DNA of 64,000 nt, taken from positions 1,728,001 to 1,792,000 of the forward strand of contig CBDASK010000003.1 in the NCBI GenBank assembly GCA_965199495.1, read 5' to 3'. This document shows positions 51,670 to 61,971 of the stretch, in pieces (position 1 is the first letter of the stretch; each line of letters begins with the position of its first letter). Source of the DNA: Abditibacterium sp. (GTDB taxonomy: Bacteria > Armatimonadota > Abditibacteriia > Abditibacteriales > Abditibacteriaceae). The notes beneath the pieces were generated by a model. The model saw nothing but the letters and a program-made list of their open reading frames with translations, did no database searches and was not told where the DNA came from. The position numbers and the translations under genes are program-made.

Positions 51670-52281
51670 ATGGAAGAATTTGTTTACGTTGGCGAATCGC
51701 CCGCGCTTGATTTTGTGAACACGGAATCGGTGGAGTCGGGTCGTAGGCGCGATGATTTGTCGGGCTTTGGCGCCTTGGTAAGTTGGAGCGTGGGTGCGGG
51801 CCTGATAAGCGCGACAGAGGCGAGCGCGTTGTCTGCGTTCGATGGCACGGCTGAGGGCGAATCGGCGCTCCATTGCGCGCGCGAGTTGCGCGCGCAACTG
51901 CGCGGCGCGTTGCAACTGTTGGCGGCGGGGCAACGCATAGACGAGCGCGCGGTGCCTTTGGTCAACGCGTTGTTAAATTCGTGCGCCGGTCATTTGGCGT
52001 TGGAAGTGGCCGAAGCGGGCGCTCCATTTCGTTTGCGCTACACGATGTCCTTGTCTGACCCGATGCAGTTAGTCGCGCATATAGCCGAAAACGCGGCGCA
52101 ACTGCTGTGTTCGCAGGCATCGAGCCACATCAAAAAGTGCGAGAATCCGGCTTGCGTTTTGATGTTTCTCGATGTCAGCAAGAACAAGAAGCGGCGCTGG
52201 TGCAGCATGGCGATGTGCGGAAACCGCCACAAAGTCGCATCGCACCGCCGCCGCAAAGCGCAGGAGCAGAGTGGAATTTAA
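51670..52281 (+). CDS. CGNR zinc-finger (ABATE/DUF1470) regulator
   Basis: ALDFVNT; CENPAC...FLD.SKN..RRWCSMAMCGNRHK. Confidence 0.93.
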   Translation: MEEFVYVGESPALDFVNTESVESGRRRDDLSGFGALVSWSVGAGLISATEASALSAFDGTAEGESALHCARELRAQLRGALQLLAAGQRIDERAVPLVNALLNSCAGHLALEVAEAGAPFRLRYTMSLSDPMQLVAHIAENAAQLLCSQASSHIKKCENPACVLMFLDVSKNKKRRWCSMAMCGNRHKVASHRRRKAQEQSGI

Positions 52282-52387
52282 AAGTTTGCAATTGGCATAG
52301 TTTCGACGCCGAAAGCGGCGTGGTTAATGGCCTTCATGTGCGCGATTGATATGATAAAATAAAATAAAGGAACAAAAGGAGAACACG

Positions 52388-52630
52388 ATGACCCCCCAAC
52401 TTATCAACGAAATCAATGCGTTGCCCGCCGAAGCACAACGTCAACTCGCCGACTTCGCCGAATTTTTGCGCCAAAAGTATCGCAACGCTCCGACATCACA
52501 ACCGACCAAAGCCACCGAGTTCGACAAAGAGCCGTTCATCGGAATGTGGAGTGACCGCGAAGACGTGGCTGATAGTTCGCAAGTGGTGCGCGAACTCCGC
52601 AAATCTGAATGGGGCGAAATGTTGTCTTGA
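52388..52630 (+). CDS. DUF2281-type antitoxin-like protein
   Basis: LPAEAQRQLADFAEFLRQKY...EPFIGMWSDRED; AAGGAG RBS. Confidence 0.8.
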   Translation: MTPQLINEINALPAEAQRQLADFAEFLRQKYRNAPTSQPTKATEFDKEPFIGMWSDREDVADSSQVVRELRKSEWGEMLS

Positions 52631-52731
52631 ATTTGCTGGCGTATCTATACATTTGTCTGTGCAACGCTTACTCAGTCGTTTTAGCCAGAAATAGAACGAC
52701 TGAGTAGAGAGCGTTTTATGACACAGTTCAC

Positions 52732-52875
52732 TTAATGAATCCAATGGTCAGTAATCATTCTCATGACTTCTAATGCGTAATTCGCATTCGTGGTATGATA
52801 CAGAAATACCGCAGCCAAGACAATACACAAAACCATGACCAACTGCGACTTTAATAAATTAGCCACTATTTTCAT
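52732..52875 (-). CDS. 47-aa single-TM small protein (not in the ORF track)
   Basis: AAAAGGAGAAATT-ATG; MKIVANLLKSQLVMVLCIVLAAVFLYHTTNANYALEVMRMITDHWIH. Confidence 0.55.
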   Translation of the reverse strand: MKIVANLLKSQLVMVLCIVLAAVFLYHTTNANYALEVMRMITDHWIH

Positions 52876-53239
52876 AATTTCTCCTTTTTATAGGATTTTT
52901 TATCCCATAAACCTCTTATGACCCTAAACATCACGCTCTATAAATTGGTGATTGCGTGATGTTGTGAAATCAGCAAAATAATTTTCGTTTTCATCCTTCT
53001 GGTATTGGGTGGCCCCCTCGCTAAGTATCCAGTTTTTATAATCATGTGCTGTATTATACCATATTTTCATTTCTTTGTCAAATTCAATTTAATATCCTAT
53101 AAAGGTAGATTCTTACATGAATGTCTGAGCGCAGCTCGTTCTGTGGACTTTCGGTATTTATCCGTCGCAGAACATCAATTTTTAGCATCTGCCTTCCCGC
53201 TTTGCGCTCGCTTGGTAAAATATAAGGGATACGCGTCTC

Positions 53240-56140
53240 ATGATGAACACTTCCACCGACCCCGCCGTTGCAAACGGCGTCGCACTTAACGGCTCGCACG
53301 CCAACGGCAGCCACGCCGACGGCGGCGCGCCTTCCGAAATCGAGAATATCGAGAATCAGGAATGGCTCGAATCGCTCGATTACGTTTTCCAAAACGCTGG
53401 CCCCGACCGCGTGGCTGCACTTCTCGAACGCCTCGAAACGCACGCGCATAAACTCGGCGTTTCGATTCCGTTTTCGGCCAATACGCCTTATATCAACACC
53501 ATTTTGCCCGGCGAACAGCCCGATTATCCAGGCGATTTGGAACTCGAACGCACGATTCGCAATCTGGTGCGCTGGAACGCGATGGCGATGGTGGTGCGCG
53601 CCAACAAAGCCTCCGATGGCGTGGGCGGGCACATCTCGACCTTCGCTTCGTCGGCCACGCTTTACGAAGTCGCGCAAAACCATTTCTTCAAAGGCAAAGA
53701 CCATCCCGATGGCGGCGACCAAATCTTCTTTCAGGGCCACGCCTCGCCCGGTATGTATGCGCGCGCTTTTCTCGAAGGCCGCTTGTCCGAAGCGAATTTG
53801 ACCAATTTTCGGCAGGAACTGCGCGAAGATACGTTCGGACTTTCTTCTTATCCGCATCCCTGGCTGATGCCCGATTTCTGGGAATTCCCGACGGTTTCGA
53901 TGGGACTGGGGCCGATTGGCTCGATTTATCAGGCGAGATTTAATCGTTATCTGGAAAATCGCGGTTTGAAAGATACGTCCAAGCAGCGCGTGTGGTGTTT
54001 CATCGGCGACGGCGAAACCGACGAACCCGAAACGCTGGGCGCGATTTCTCTGGCCGCGCGCGAGAAATTGGACAATTTGACCTTCGTCATCAACTGCAAC
54101 TTGCAGCGTTTGGATGGGCCGGTGCGCGGCAACAGCAAAATCATTCAGGAACTCGAAACGATTTTCAAGGGCGCCGGTTGGAACGTGATTAAAGTCATCT
54201 GGGGCAGCGATTGGGATCCGCTTTTGGAAATGGACAACGGCGATTTGATCGAGCAGATGGGCCGCATCGTGGACGGCCAATATCAGAAGTATTCGGTTTC
54301 GAGCGGCGAATACGTGCGCGAGCATTTCTTTGGCGCGACCGAAAAAACGCGCGAAATCGGCGCGACCATGACCGACGAACAAATCCGCACCATCAAGCGC
54401 GGCGGCCACGATCCGGTCAAGGTTTACACCGCCTACGACGCCGCGCAAAAGTGCAAAGGCCAGCCGACGGTGATTCTGGCCAAGACCATCAAAGGCTACG
54501 GTTTGGGTGAGGCGGGCGAAGGAAAAAACGTCGCGCACAACCAGAAGAAAGTCAACGAGAACGAATTGCGCGCTTTCCGCGAACGTTTTCATATCCCGAT
54601 TTCCGACGAAGATGTGGACAAGGCGCCGTTTTACCGGCCCGCCGACGATTCGCCGGAAATGAAGTATCTGCTCAAAAAGCGCGAAGAGTTGGGCGGTTTC
54701 GTGCCCTCGCGCCGCGATATTTCGCCGTGCTTGCCCGCGCCCGATGACAAGATTTTCGCGCAGTTCATGAAGGGCACCGACCCCAAATCGGACAAGCAAC
54801 CCTCGACCACGCAGGTCATGGTTTCGATTATGCAGAACCTGCTGCGCGACGAAAGTCTGGGCAAATATATCGTGCCGATTGTGCCCGATGAAGCGCGCAC
54901 TTTCGGCATGGAGGGTTTGATTGGGCGCTTTGGCATTTACGCTTCGACCGGCCAGCTTTACGAGCCGGTTGACCGTCAAAACGTGATGTATTATAAGGAG
55001 GCCAAGGACGGTCAGATTTTGGAAGAGGGCATCAACGAAGCCGGTTCGATGGCGAGCTTTATCGCCGCCGGAACCGCTTACGCCACGCACGGCGTGCCGA
55101 TGATTCCGCTTTACATTTACTACTCGATGTTCGGTTTGCAGCGAGTGGGCGACCAGTTCTGGCTGGCCGGAGACATTCGCGCCAAAGGTTTTCTCATCGG
55201 CGGCACGGCGGGCCGCACCACGCTCAACGGCGAGGGCTTGCAGCACCAAGACGGCCATTCGCAGCTTTACGCTTACTCCGTTCCCAACATGATGGCCTAC
55301 GATCCGGCTTATGCTTACGAATTGGCGGTCATCGTTCAAGACGGCATCAAGCGGATGTTCACCGACGGCGAGAACATCTTCTATTATCTGACGGTGATGA
55401 ACGAGCAATACGTCATGCCGACGATGCCCGACCGCGCGGAAACGCGCGAGGGAATTCTGAAAGGTTTGTATCTGCTGCGCACCTCGGACGAAGCAGCCAC
55501 GTCCGACCTGGCTGCATCATCGGACGACACGATTTCCGCCGACGCGATGGAACAAAGCGCGGGCGCGGGCACCGCCGCAACCGGCAGTTCGACGCCCTCG
55601 AAAAACAAAAAAGCCGCCGTCAAAAGCGCGCCCAGAGTCGAATCGAAACTGCGCGCGCAACTGTTTGGTAGCGGCACGATTTTGAACGAAGTCGTCAAAG
55701 CGCAAAGTTTGCTCGCCAAATACAACGTCGAGGCCGACGTGTGGAGCGTGACGAGTTATCAGCAACTGTATCGCGATTGCATTCAGACCGAGCGTTACAA
55801 TCTGCTGCATCCGGGCGCCGAGCCGAAATTGTCTTACGTCGAGCAGATGCTCAAAGACAAGGGCGATGTCGTCGTCGCGTCGAGCGATTATCTCAAGGCG
55901 TTGCCCGAAAGCATCGCGCAATACGTGCCGCACCCGATGGCGTGTCTGGGAACCGATGGCTTCGGTCGCTCCGACGGTCGCGGCGCTTTGCGCGATTTCT
56001 TCGAGGTGGACGCGCGCTATGTCGCGCTGGCGGCGCTGACCGAGTTGGCGAAAATCGGCAAGTTGGAGTGGAGCGTGGTGCAGGGCGCGATGAAGGATTT
56101 TGGTATTGCGGAAGGTAAGAAAAATCCGTTATTGGTTTAA
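53240..56140 (+). CDS. aceE: Pyruvate dehydrogenase E1, homodimeric type
   Basis: GGHISTFAS, FQGHASPG, SYPHPWLMP, GDGETDEPE, NCNLQRLDGPVRGN, GEGLQHQDG, GTDGFGRSD. Confidence 0.97.
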   Translation: MMNTSTDPAVANGVALNGSHANGSHADGGAPSEIENIENQEWLESLDYVFQNAGPDRVAALLERLETHAHKLGVSIPFSANTPYINTILPGEQPDYPGDLELERTIRNLVRWNAMAMVVRANKASDGVGGHISTFASSATLYEVAQNHFFKGKDHPDGGDQIFFQGHASPGMYARAFLEGRLSEANLTNFRQELREDTFGLSSYPHPWLMPDFWEFPTVSMGLGPIGSIYQARFNRYLENRGLKDTSKQRVWCFIGDGETDEPETLGAISLAAREKLDNLTFVINCNLQRLDGPVRGNSKIIQELETIFKGAGWNVIKVIWGSDWDPLLEMDNGDLIEQMGRIVDGQYQKYSVSSGEYVREHFFGATEKTREIGATMTDEQIRTIKRGGHDPVKVYTAYDAAQKCKGQPTVILAKTIKGYGLGEAGEGKNVAHNQKKVNENELRAFRERFHIPISDEDVDKAPFYRPADDSPEMKYLLKKREELGGFVPSRRDISPCLPAPDDKIFAQFMKGTDPKSDKQPSTTQVMVSIMQNLLRDESLGKYIVPIVPDEARTFGMEGLIGRFGIYASTGQLYEPVDRQNVMYYKEAKDGQILEEGINEAGSMASFIAAGTAYATHGVPMIPLYIYYSMFGLQRVGDQFWLAGDIRAKGFLIGGTAGRTTLNGEGLQHQDGHSQLYAYSVPNMMAYDPAYAYELAVIVQDGIKRMFTDGENIFYYLTVMNEQYVMPTMPDRAETREGILKGLYLLRTSDEAATSDLAASSDDTISADAMEQSAGAGTAATGSSTPSKNKKAAVKSAPRVESKLRAQLFGSGTILNEVVKAQSLLAKYNVEADVWSVTSYQQLYRDCIQTERYNLLHPGAEPKLSYVEQMLKDKGDVVVASSDYLKALPESIAQYVPHPMACLGTDGFGRSDGRGALRDFFEVDARYVALAALTELAKIGKLEWSVVQGAMKDFGIAEGKKNPLLV

Positions 56141-56228
56141 CTCCTATTGCTAAAAAGAGGAATGTGAGAAATCGCATTCCTCTTTCTGTAAACACTGTCT
56201 ATTTTTCAACAAGAATCCTCTGAGCAAA

Positions 56229-59200
56229 ATGCAATACTATTTTAACGAGCTATCCCCGGAAAAATTCCAACGCTTAATCAATGTGATTTTAACAGCGCGT
56301 TTCGGAGAAAAAGCACGTCTCACTCCGTTGCGTGGTTCGGATGGTGGGCGCGATGGAGAAACTGCATTTGATCAACCGGGACAAGAATTTATAGAATTCC
56401 AGTTGCCTGCTGTAACTCGTCCTCGCTCGCCTTTTATTGCTCCTGAACCTGGTCGTTATTTATTTCAAGTCAAGCATCATCGCACCAACGAATCTCGCCC
56501 TCAAGATTCGCGGGCGAAAGTTGTATCAGATTTTGGAGAAGAACTCACCGGCAACGTTTTGTCGCGTTCGGGCGATGAGCGCGTCAACTTCTTTTACCTA
56601 ATCACCAACGTTTCTTCGAGCGAAGAAGCAATGGTGAAGATAGACGATAGAAAGAGGGTTCTCACTCCGCGCGCTCGTCCACTCTTTGCAGATGTCTGGT
56701 GGCAAGAACAGATTGTTGCTTTTTTAGATCAAATGCCCTCTCTTTGGGCTGCGTATCCCGAACTGTTCGCGGGTGGAGTTGTGCCGTTACTGGGACAAAT
56801 TGCCACTCTTCAACCCAAAGGGATCCCATTGGCTATTCGTTTGGCTTTAAGCAAGCAGACCAATCGCGACAAACAGATCAAATTTAGGCAAATCGATTTG
56901 CAGAGAGATTTAGCGGCCTTGTTCGTTGATCTTGATGTTGCACTCGGCGCATTGGATAAATCTACGAGAATAGATTTACTGGGTTCACATGGTCGCCAAC
57001 ATCTCTTTGATATGCGTCAACACGGTCTCCATCAGGAAGCTCAAGTAGAAATGGAAAGTTCCGAAGCGGAATCAGATGAAGAAGATTTGATCTTCGACAT
57101 GGTAGATTACGACGAAGAAACAGACGAGCCGCATTTAAGCGCGTTGTGGCTTCTGCTCAACGAGAGTTCTCATTGTGCGCGTAAAATCATTCTCGAAGGC
57201 GGCCCAGGACAAGGCAAATCAACCATCACTCAGATGGCCGCTCAAATTTATAGAGAGAATTTGTTAGCGCCACAATTTCCGATGAAAGCCGAAGGACGTT
57301 GGCAGTCACCAGAGAAATCTCGGTTGGTTTTACGTTTGGAACTGCGTGATTTCGCCGAGTGGTTTCGTAGTAAATCAGCAGAAGAGAAGGATACGGAAGC
57401 TGGCAGTGTGGAAGAATTTCTGTCCAAAGAACTTCAACGCGAAGCTGGTGGCGCGACCGTCACCGTTGAAGATATTCATGGGTTGGCTGGCGCGACTCCG
57501 TTGCTACTCATTTTCGATGGATTAGATGAAGTCGCCAGCGATGAGTTGCGAGATCGCACTTTGGCCCGAATTGATGATTGTGTGGCCCGACTGGAGCAGG
57601 CAGAAGCGGATTTGCGCGTCATCGTCACCACGCGCCCTCCTGCCATCGCTGGACGTGGAGAACGCCTCTCTGAGTTCCATCGCTTCACCCTCTCGCCTCT
57701 TTCGGCGCGACGTATCGAAGAGTATTTGCAACGATGGTTGGCAGTTCAAGCTCCCGAAGAGGACGAAAGCCGCCGCATCCGCAATGCTTATCTTAACCGG
57801 CGCGCGGACGATTACGTTCAAGCCTTGGCGCGTAATCCAATGCAACTTTCGGTATTGCTGCACTTCATTCGCTTGAAAGGAGAAGCCTTTCCTTCGCAAC
57901 GCGCCGAATTATATCGCGATTACTTCCAAGTAGTAATTGACCGAGATGTGGAGAAAAACTCCTATTTGCGCGACCACAGAAAACTCATTGAAGAACTGCA
58001 CGGGGTTTTGGCTTTTCGCATTCATGCTCTGACTGAAACGGAACAGGCTGACCGCTCGTTAGCTTACCCGCAACTCTTGAAGATCGTGCGTTCCTGGTTG
58101 CATAAGCAAGGCGAAAGCGAGGACATGGCCGAAAGCCTCTTCAAAGTGGGCAACGAAAGATTGGGGTTAGTGGTGGCTCTACGCGGCGAGGGGCATGACA
58201 CTCGCTACGGTTTTTCCATTCAGCCCATCCAGGAGTATTTCGCGGCGGCTTTCATCAACGAACACTTCGCCCTGGATAAGGCACATAGTTTGTTTGAAGA
58301 GATGGCGCGTCGGCCCTACTGGCAAGAAGTCGCTCTATTTCTCGGAGGTCTGCGTCGCTCCACGGAAAAAGCAGACCTACTCGCACGTTGCAAACAATTG
58401 GACGATCCCAATGTGGTTCCCTGGCGTGGCAACGGTTACATCACTGCTTTGCGGATGTTGCAGGATGGCATTCTGTCTCAACGCCATTTGGCCGCAGACG
58501 CTCTCGACTTCTTACTCGATCTTTATGACTCGAACTCGACAACCGCCCAAAGCGACATCTTAGATACCTTTGGCAACACCTTAATTTCGATAGAAAAGTT
58601 GCTTCCTTATGGACGCAAAGAGCAACATATAAAACGTATTGAAAGCATTTTTCTCACGCTTTGGGAAAGGTCAGATTTATCTCAGTTCCGCAATCGGCTT
58701 TACTGCCTCGCTCATTTGTTATTGCACGCTCAGGATGAGCAAGAAACCGTTCAGTTTCTCGAATCTATCGAAGCAAAAACTGCGACTCAATTCCGCATGT
58801 TACCTTATTTGAGGTTGACCGTGCCTCTTGCTCTGGAGTTACCCGTTGAAGGACGAGACTCTTTTCCAGACGATCTGAGTTCCGAACTTTGGTCATCAGG
58901 ACAGGGTAATCTAAATACAAAACGCTGGGCATCCGCATGGTGGACTGGAAGAGCGCGCGCCAGCGGCGTAGTGGCCCCAGAGGAGTTTCATCAAGCCTTA
59001 GCTTACGAGTTCGCCATAAACCCGCTTCATGACGCGCGAATAATGGGATTGAGCAGTTGCAAACCTTTGTCATCTTGGGCGATTTGGCACTTAGTTGCGC
59101 TCAACAATTTTCTTTCGCTTCAAACCTTCCGGCAGTTCCCAGCAAAAGAGTGGAACAGAATCAGCAGTGAGATCAAGCCTAACAGTTGCGACATCGAGCT

Positions 59201-60380
59201 GAATTACGATGGTTTGGAACCAGCCACGGCGCACGCTATAAAGGATTTAATCGCAATCTGTTGTGCGTGTGCCGCCTGCCTCCAATCGGAGTTTAGTGAC
59301 GACAACGGTTTTGTAGAAACCGATTTAGAAGACGACTACGAGGCAAATCGGTATTCTGATTTGCCTTCAGCCGATGAAGAAGTCAGAGAAGACAACCAAA
59401 CTACAAGATTCGCTCATTTGGAAGAAGTTGTGTTCTCGCATCTCGATACTTTACAGAAACTGCTCCAAGAACCCGAACACATCGGATGGATGGCGGCGCT
59501 TATCGGGGCAACCCTATTTCGCACGGTCTTCTTCAACTATCGTGGTAGCCACGCCCTTATGAGCGCCGAACACGCGGACGATTTTCAAAACATTTTCAAT
59601 ATTCGTCCTGAATGTATGGCGTTGTGGAAGATGTTGCGTCCCTATTACGACGTAAATTGGGACAAATTACAGATCGAGTTTTCAGGAGAAATCGGTGATG
59701 ATTTGCGCCGATTTCTTTTCGAGGGTCGCTATCATGGGCGCTCGCCGCTTAGAGTTCGGACTGACGAACAAGACTTACGTTTAGTCACAGATGTGTTTCG
59801 CCAACAAGCTCTGAGTTTAGAGGAGAATGACCGCGGCCAATCAAGTTGGATTTCGACGATACCGTTGGAGTTGGAACATATCGGAGCCTTTTTTTGTATT
59901 GAAACAGATGATGCCACAACGATAAAGCAGCTACTTCAATTTTTGGGAAGTTCTTCAACAACAAGCATAGGTAAGAGAGGTTTTGCGGATAGCTTGCCTC
60001 AAGATTTGGTTGATCTCATCATTTCCATAATGCGTGAGGATGATGACGCGAATCTATGGCGAGGTGCGTTCATCGCGTTGAGTGGAAGTAACTACGTTTC
60101 AAATTTAACTGTGGAAGAGCTGCTTCGAATTATCGGAAGCGCGAAGCGCCGTGGGGTTGAAGTTCAGATGCTATTTAACCGTCACCACGCTCAGATCAGA
60201 AATAGTAGCGAACACGGAAGTAGTTTTGAGAAGTTAATTGAAGTGGCTCAGAAAATTTGTGAATTACGAAACACATTCGATTCGGAAACTGTGCGCACTG
60301 CCTCCCAGTTTCTTTCCAGTAATATCCCCGTTGATCTTGCGCCTTTATCAAAAAAGATAGAGCAGGAACAGATGCTTTGA
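56229..60380 (+). CDS. Mrr-like nuclease-NACHT (STAND NTPase), putative anti-phage protein
   Basis: N-terminal L....F..L...DGGRDG...FQVKH; Walker A GGPGQGKST; Walker B LLLIFDGLDEV; VTTRP, NPMQL, QEYFAA; codon usage unlike the flanks. Confidence 0.85.
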   Translation: MQYYFNELSPEKFQRLINVILTARFGEKARLTPLRGSDGGRDGETAFDQPGQEFIEFQLPAVTRPRSPFIAPEPGRYLFQVKHHRTNESRPQDSRAKVVSDFGEELTGNVLSRSGDERVNFFYLITNVSSSEEAMVKIDDRKRVLTPRARPLFADVWWQEQIVAFLDQMPSLWAAYPELFAGGVVPLLGQIATLQPKGIPLAIRLALSKQTNRDKQIKFRQIDLQRDLAALFVDLDVALGALDKSTRIDLLGSHGRQHLFDMRQHGLHQEAQVEMESSEAESDEEDLIFDMVDYDEETDEPHLSALWLLLNESSHCARKIILEGGPGQGKSTITQMAAQIYRENLLAPQFPMKAEGRWQSPEKSRLVLRLELRDFAEWFRSKSAEEKDTEAGSVEEFLSKELQREAGGATVTVEDIHGLAGATPLLLIFDGLDEVASDELRDRTLARIDDCVARLEQAEADLRVIVTTRPPAIAGRGERLSEFHRFTLSPLSARRIEEYLQRWLAVQAPEEDESRRIRNAYLNRRADDYVQALARNPMQLSVLLHFIRLKGEAFPSQRAELYRDYFQVVIDRDVEKNSYLRDHRKLIEELHGVLAFRIHALTETEQADRSLAYPQLLKIVRSWLHKQGESEDMAESLFKVGNERLGLVVALRGEGHDTRYGFSIQPIQEYFAAAFINEHFALDKAHSLFEEMARRPYWQEVALFLGGLRRSTEKADLLARCKQLDDPNVVPWRGNGYITALRMLQDGILSQRHLAADALDFLLDLYDSNSTTAQSDILDTFGNTLISIEKLLPYGRKEQHIKRIESIFLTLWERSDLSQFRNRLYCLAHLLLHAQDEQETVQFLESIEAKTATQFRMLPYLRLTVPLALELPVEGRDSFPDDLSSELWSSGQGNLNTKRWASAWWTGRARASGVVAPEEFHQALAYEFAINPLHDARIMGLSSCKPLSSWAIWHLVALNNFLSLQTFRQFPAKEWNRISSEIKPNSCDIELNYDGLEPATAHAIKDLIAICCACAACLQSEFSDDNGFVETDLEDDYEANRYSDLPSADEEVREDNQTTRFAHLEEVVFSHLDTLQKLLQEPEHIGWMAALIGATLFRTVFFNYRGSHALMSAEHADDFQNIFNIRPECMALWKMLRPYYDVNWDKLQIEFSGEIGDDLRRFLFEGRYHGRSPLRVRTDEQDLRLVTDVFRQQALSLEENDRGQSSWISTIPLELEHIGAFFCIETDDATTIKQLLQFLGSSSTTSIGKRGFADSLPQDLVDLIISIMREDDDANLWRGAFIALSGSNYVSNLTVEELLRIIGSAKRRGVEVQMLFNRHHAQIRNSSEHGSSFEKLIEVAQKICELRNTFDSETVRTASQFLSSNIPVDLAPLSKKIEQEQML

Positions 60381-60442
60381 GATTTGTAGAGAAGAAATAG
60401 AGAGTAAGTGGTTATCTGAATTGCCGGTGCAAATCAACAATC

Positions 60443-61855
60443 ATGTCACGTTTTTCCTGCATCCGCTTTCTATCACTGATAATCCTACCATTCCTCGGTT
60501 GCGCCGCGCCCAAAACCGCGCCCGCCGTTTTAACCATTGATTCCACGCCGCAACAGACGATTCGCGGCTGGGGCATTTATCCCTGCACGATTCGTAACGA
60601 CCGCCCAAACGCCGAACTTTATACGTTGTGGAAACGCCCTAACGCCGCGCGTTTGATCTGGCGCGATTTGAACGCGACTTACTGGCGCAGCGAAATTCTG
60701 CCCGGCTCCTACGACGCGCGGCGCGACGACGGCTCGCTCGACCTTAAATATCTCGATCAATCGTTGGTGCGCGAAATCAAACTGGCGAAATTCTACGGCC
60801 AAACGCGCTACATTTTGTCGGTCTGGTCGCCGCCCGCGCCGTTTAAGTCGCCGACGACGACGTTGGGCGTTGACCCGAAAACCAAACGAACCGCCGTGTT
60901 GCGGCCTTCGCGCGAAGCCGATTATTGCCGTTTCGTCGCGCGCGTCTTAAAGCATTTGCAAACCCAAAAGTTGCCGTTGCCGTTCGCTTTAAGCGTGCAA
61001 AACGAGCCGAATTACGCGCCCGAATTATGGAATGGCACGCGCTTATCGCCCGCGCAATGGCAACGATTGACCATTGAAATGCGCGCCGAATTGGATGAAA
61101 ATGGATTTAAAAATATCCAACTCATCGGGCCGGAAGGTGGCAGTTACCGCGATAGCGTCGAGTTCGTGGGCGGCGTGGCTGCATCGGCGCTGAAGAATGC
61201 GCAGTTTGATAAAGCGTTGGGCGGTTTCGCGTTTCATGGTTATACGGCGCTTTCCAAACATCAACCGGACTTGGATAATCTGCGCGCCGTCGCCACAAAA
61301 ATGCAGCGCGCGGGCAAAAGCGTGTGGCAAAGCGAATGGTCAATTCCGGGCGATAAACCCGACGCTTTGAATCACGTTTTGGAAACCGCGCAACGGTTGG
61401 GGCGCGAGACGACGTTTGTTCCGTGCAACTATTGGAGTTGGTGGCAAGGCTATTACCCACGCCATTCCAAAGGCGAAGTTTTGCTCACCTGCGCGGATGA
61501 CGCGCATTTGCATATCTCGAAAACTTTTCGATTCCTTCAATGCTTATGGAAAAACGCGCCCGCAGGAAGCGTTGTCCATCGCGTGGAATCGAGCGATGCG
61601 CAGTTGTCAGGATTCGACGCGCAAAAGGTGCAATGCGTGGCATTTGAAAACGGCGCGCGACAAACGATTCTGTTGGTGAATCCGACCGATAAAGCTAAAG
61701 TGATAGAACTTCGCGGCTTACATGCAGCCACGGCGACGCCTTATTTGACCGACCAAACGCGCGATATGGAGATGCAAAGTCCGATTGCGGCAAAAAATGG
61801 CGCGGCGAGTTGGAGTTTGCCAGTGCGCTGCGTTTGCGTTTTGGTGGCGCACTGA
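60443..61855 (+). CDS. GH30-like glycoside hydrolase lipoprotein
   Basis: FLGC lipobox, QQTIRGWG, SVWSPP, SVQNEP (acid/base), WQSEW (nucleophile), C-terminal beta domain. Confidence 0.8.
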   Translation: MSRFSCIRFLSLIILPFLGCAAPKTAPAVLTIDSTPQQTIRGWGIYPCTIRNDRPNAELYTLWKRPNAARLIWRDLNATYWRSEILPGSYDARRDDGSLDLKYLDQSLVREIKLAKFYGQTRYILSVWSPPAPFKSPTTTLGVDPKTKRTAVLRPSREADYCRFVARVLKHLQTQKLPLPFALSVQNEPNYAPELWNGTRLSPAQWQRLTIEMRAELDENGFKNIQLIGPEGGSYRDSVEFVGGVAASALKNAQFDKALGGFAFHGYTALSKHQPDLDNLRAVATKMQRAGKSVWQSEWSIPGDKPDALNHVLETAQRLGRETTFVPCNYWSWWQGYYPRHSKGEVLLTCADDAHLHISKTFRFLQCLWKNAPAGSVVHRVESSDAQLSGFDAQKVQCVAFENGARQTILLVNPTDKAKVIELRGLHAATATPYLTDQTRDMEMQSPIAAKNGAASWSLPVRCVCVLVAH

Positions 61856-61933
61856 ATCCAACAGTTTTGCGTTCGGGCATAAACTCTAATTTCTCTTGTT
61901 CCACTTGCCAAGAATAAACTTTAAAGCTAAAAG

Positions 61934-61962
61934 TTGACTAAATCTATAATAACCTGTAGAAT
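61934..61962 (+). promoter_or_regulatory. Sigma70-type promoter of aqpZ
   Basis: TTGACT-N17-TAGAAT ending 9 bp before the ATG. Confidence 0.55.
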
Positions 61963-61971
61963 TTTTCTGTT

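Noticed and set aside
53084..55408. Long antisense ORFs (also 9360..11021, 12158..13579, 3906..5246, 23857..25305, 40764..41861)
   Set aside because: They mirror well-conserved genes on the opposite strand, a typical artefact of biased codon usage, and show no motifs.
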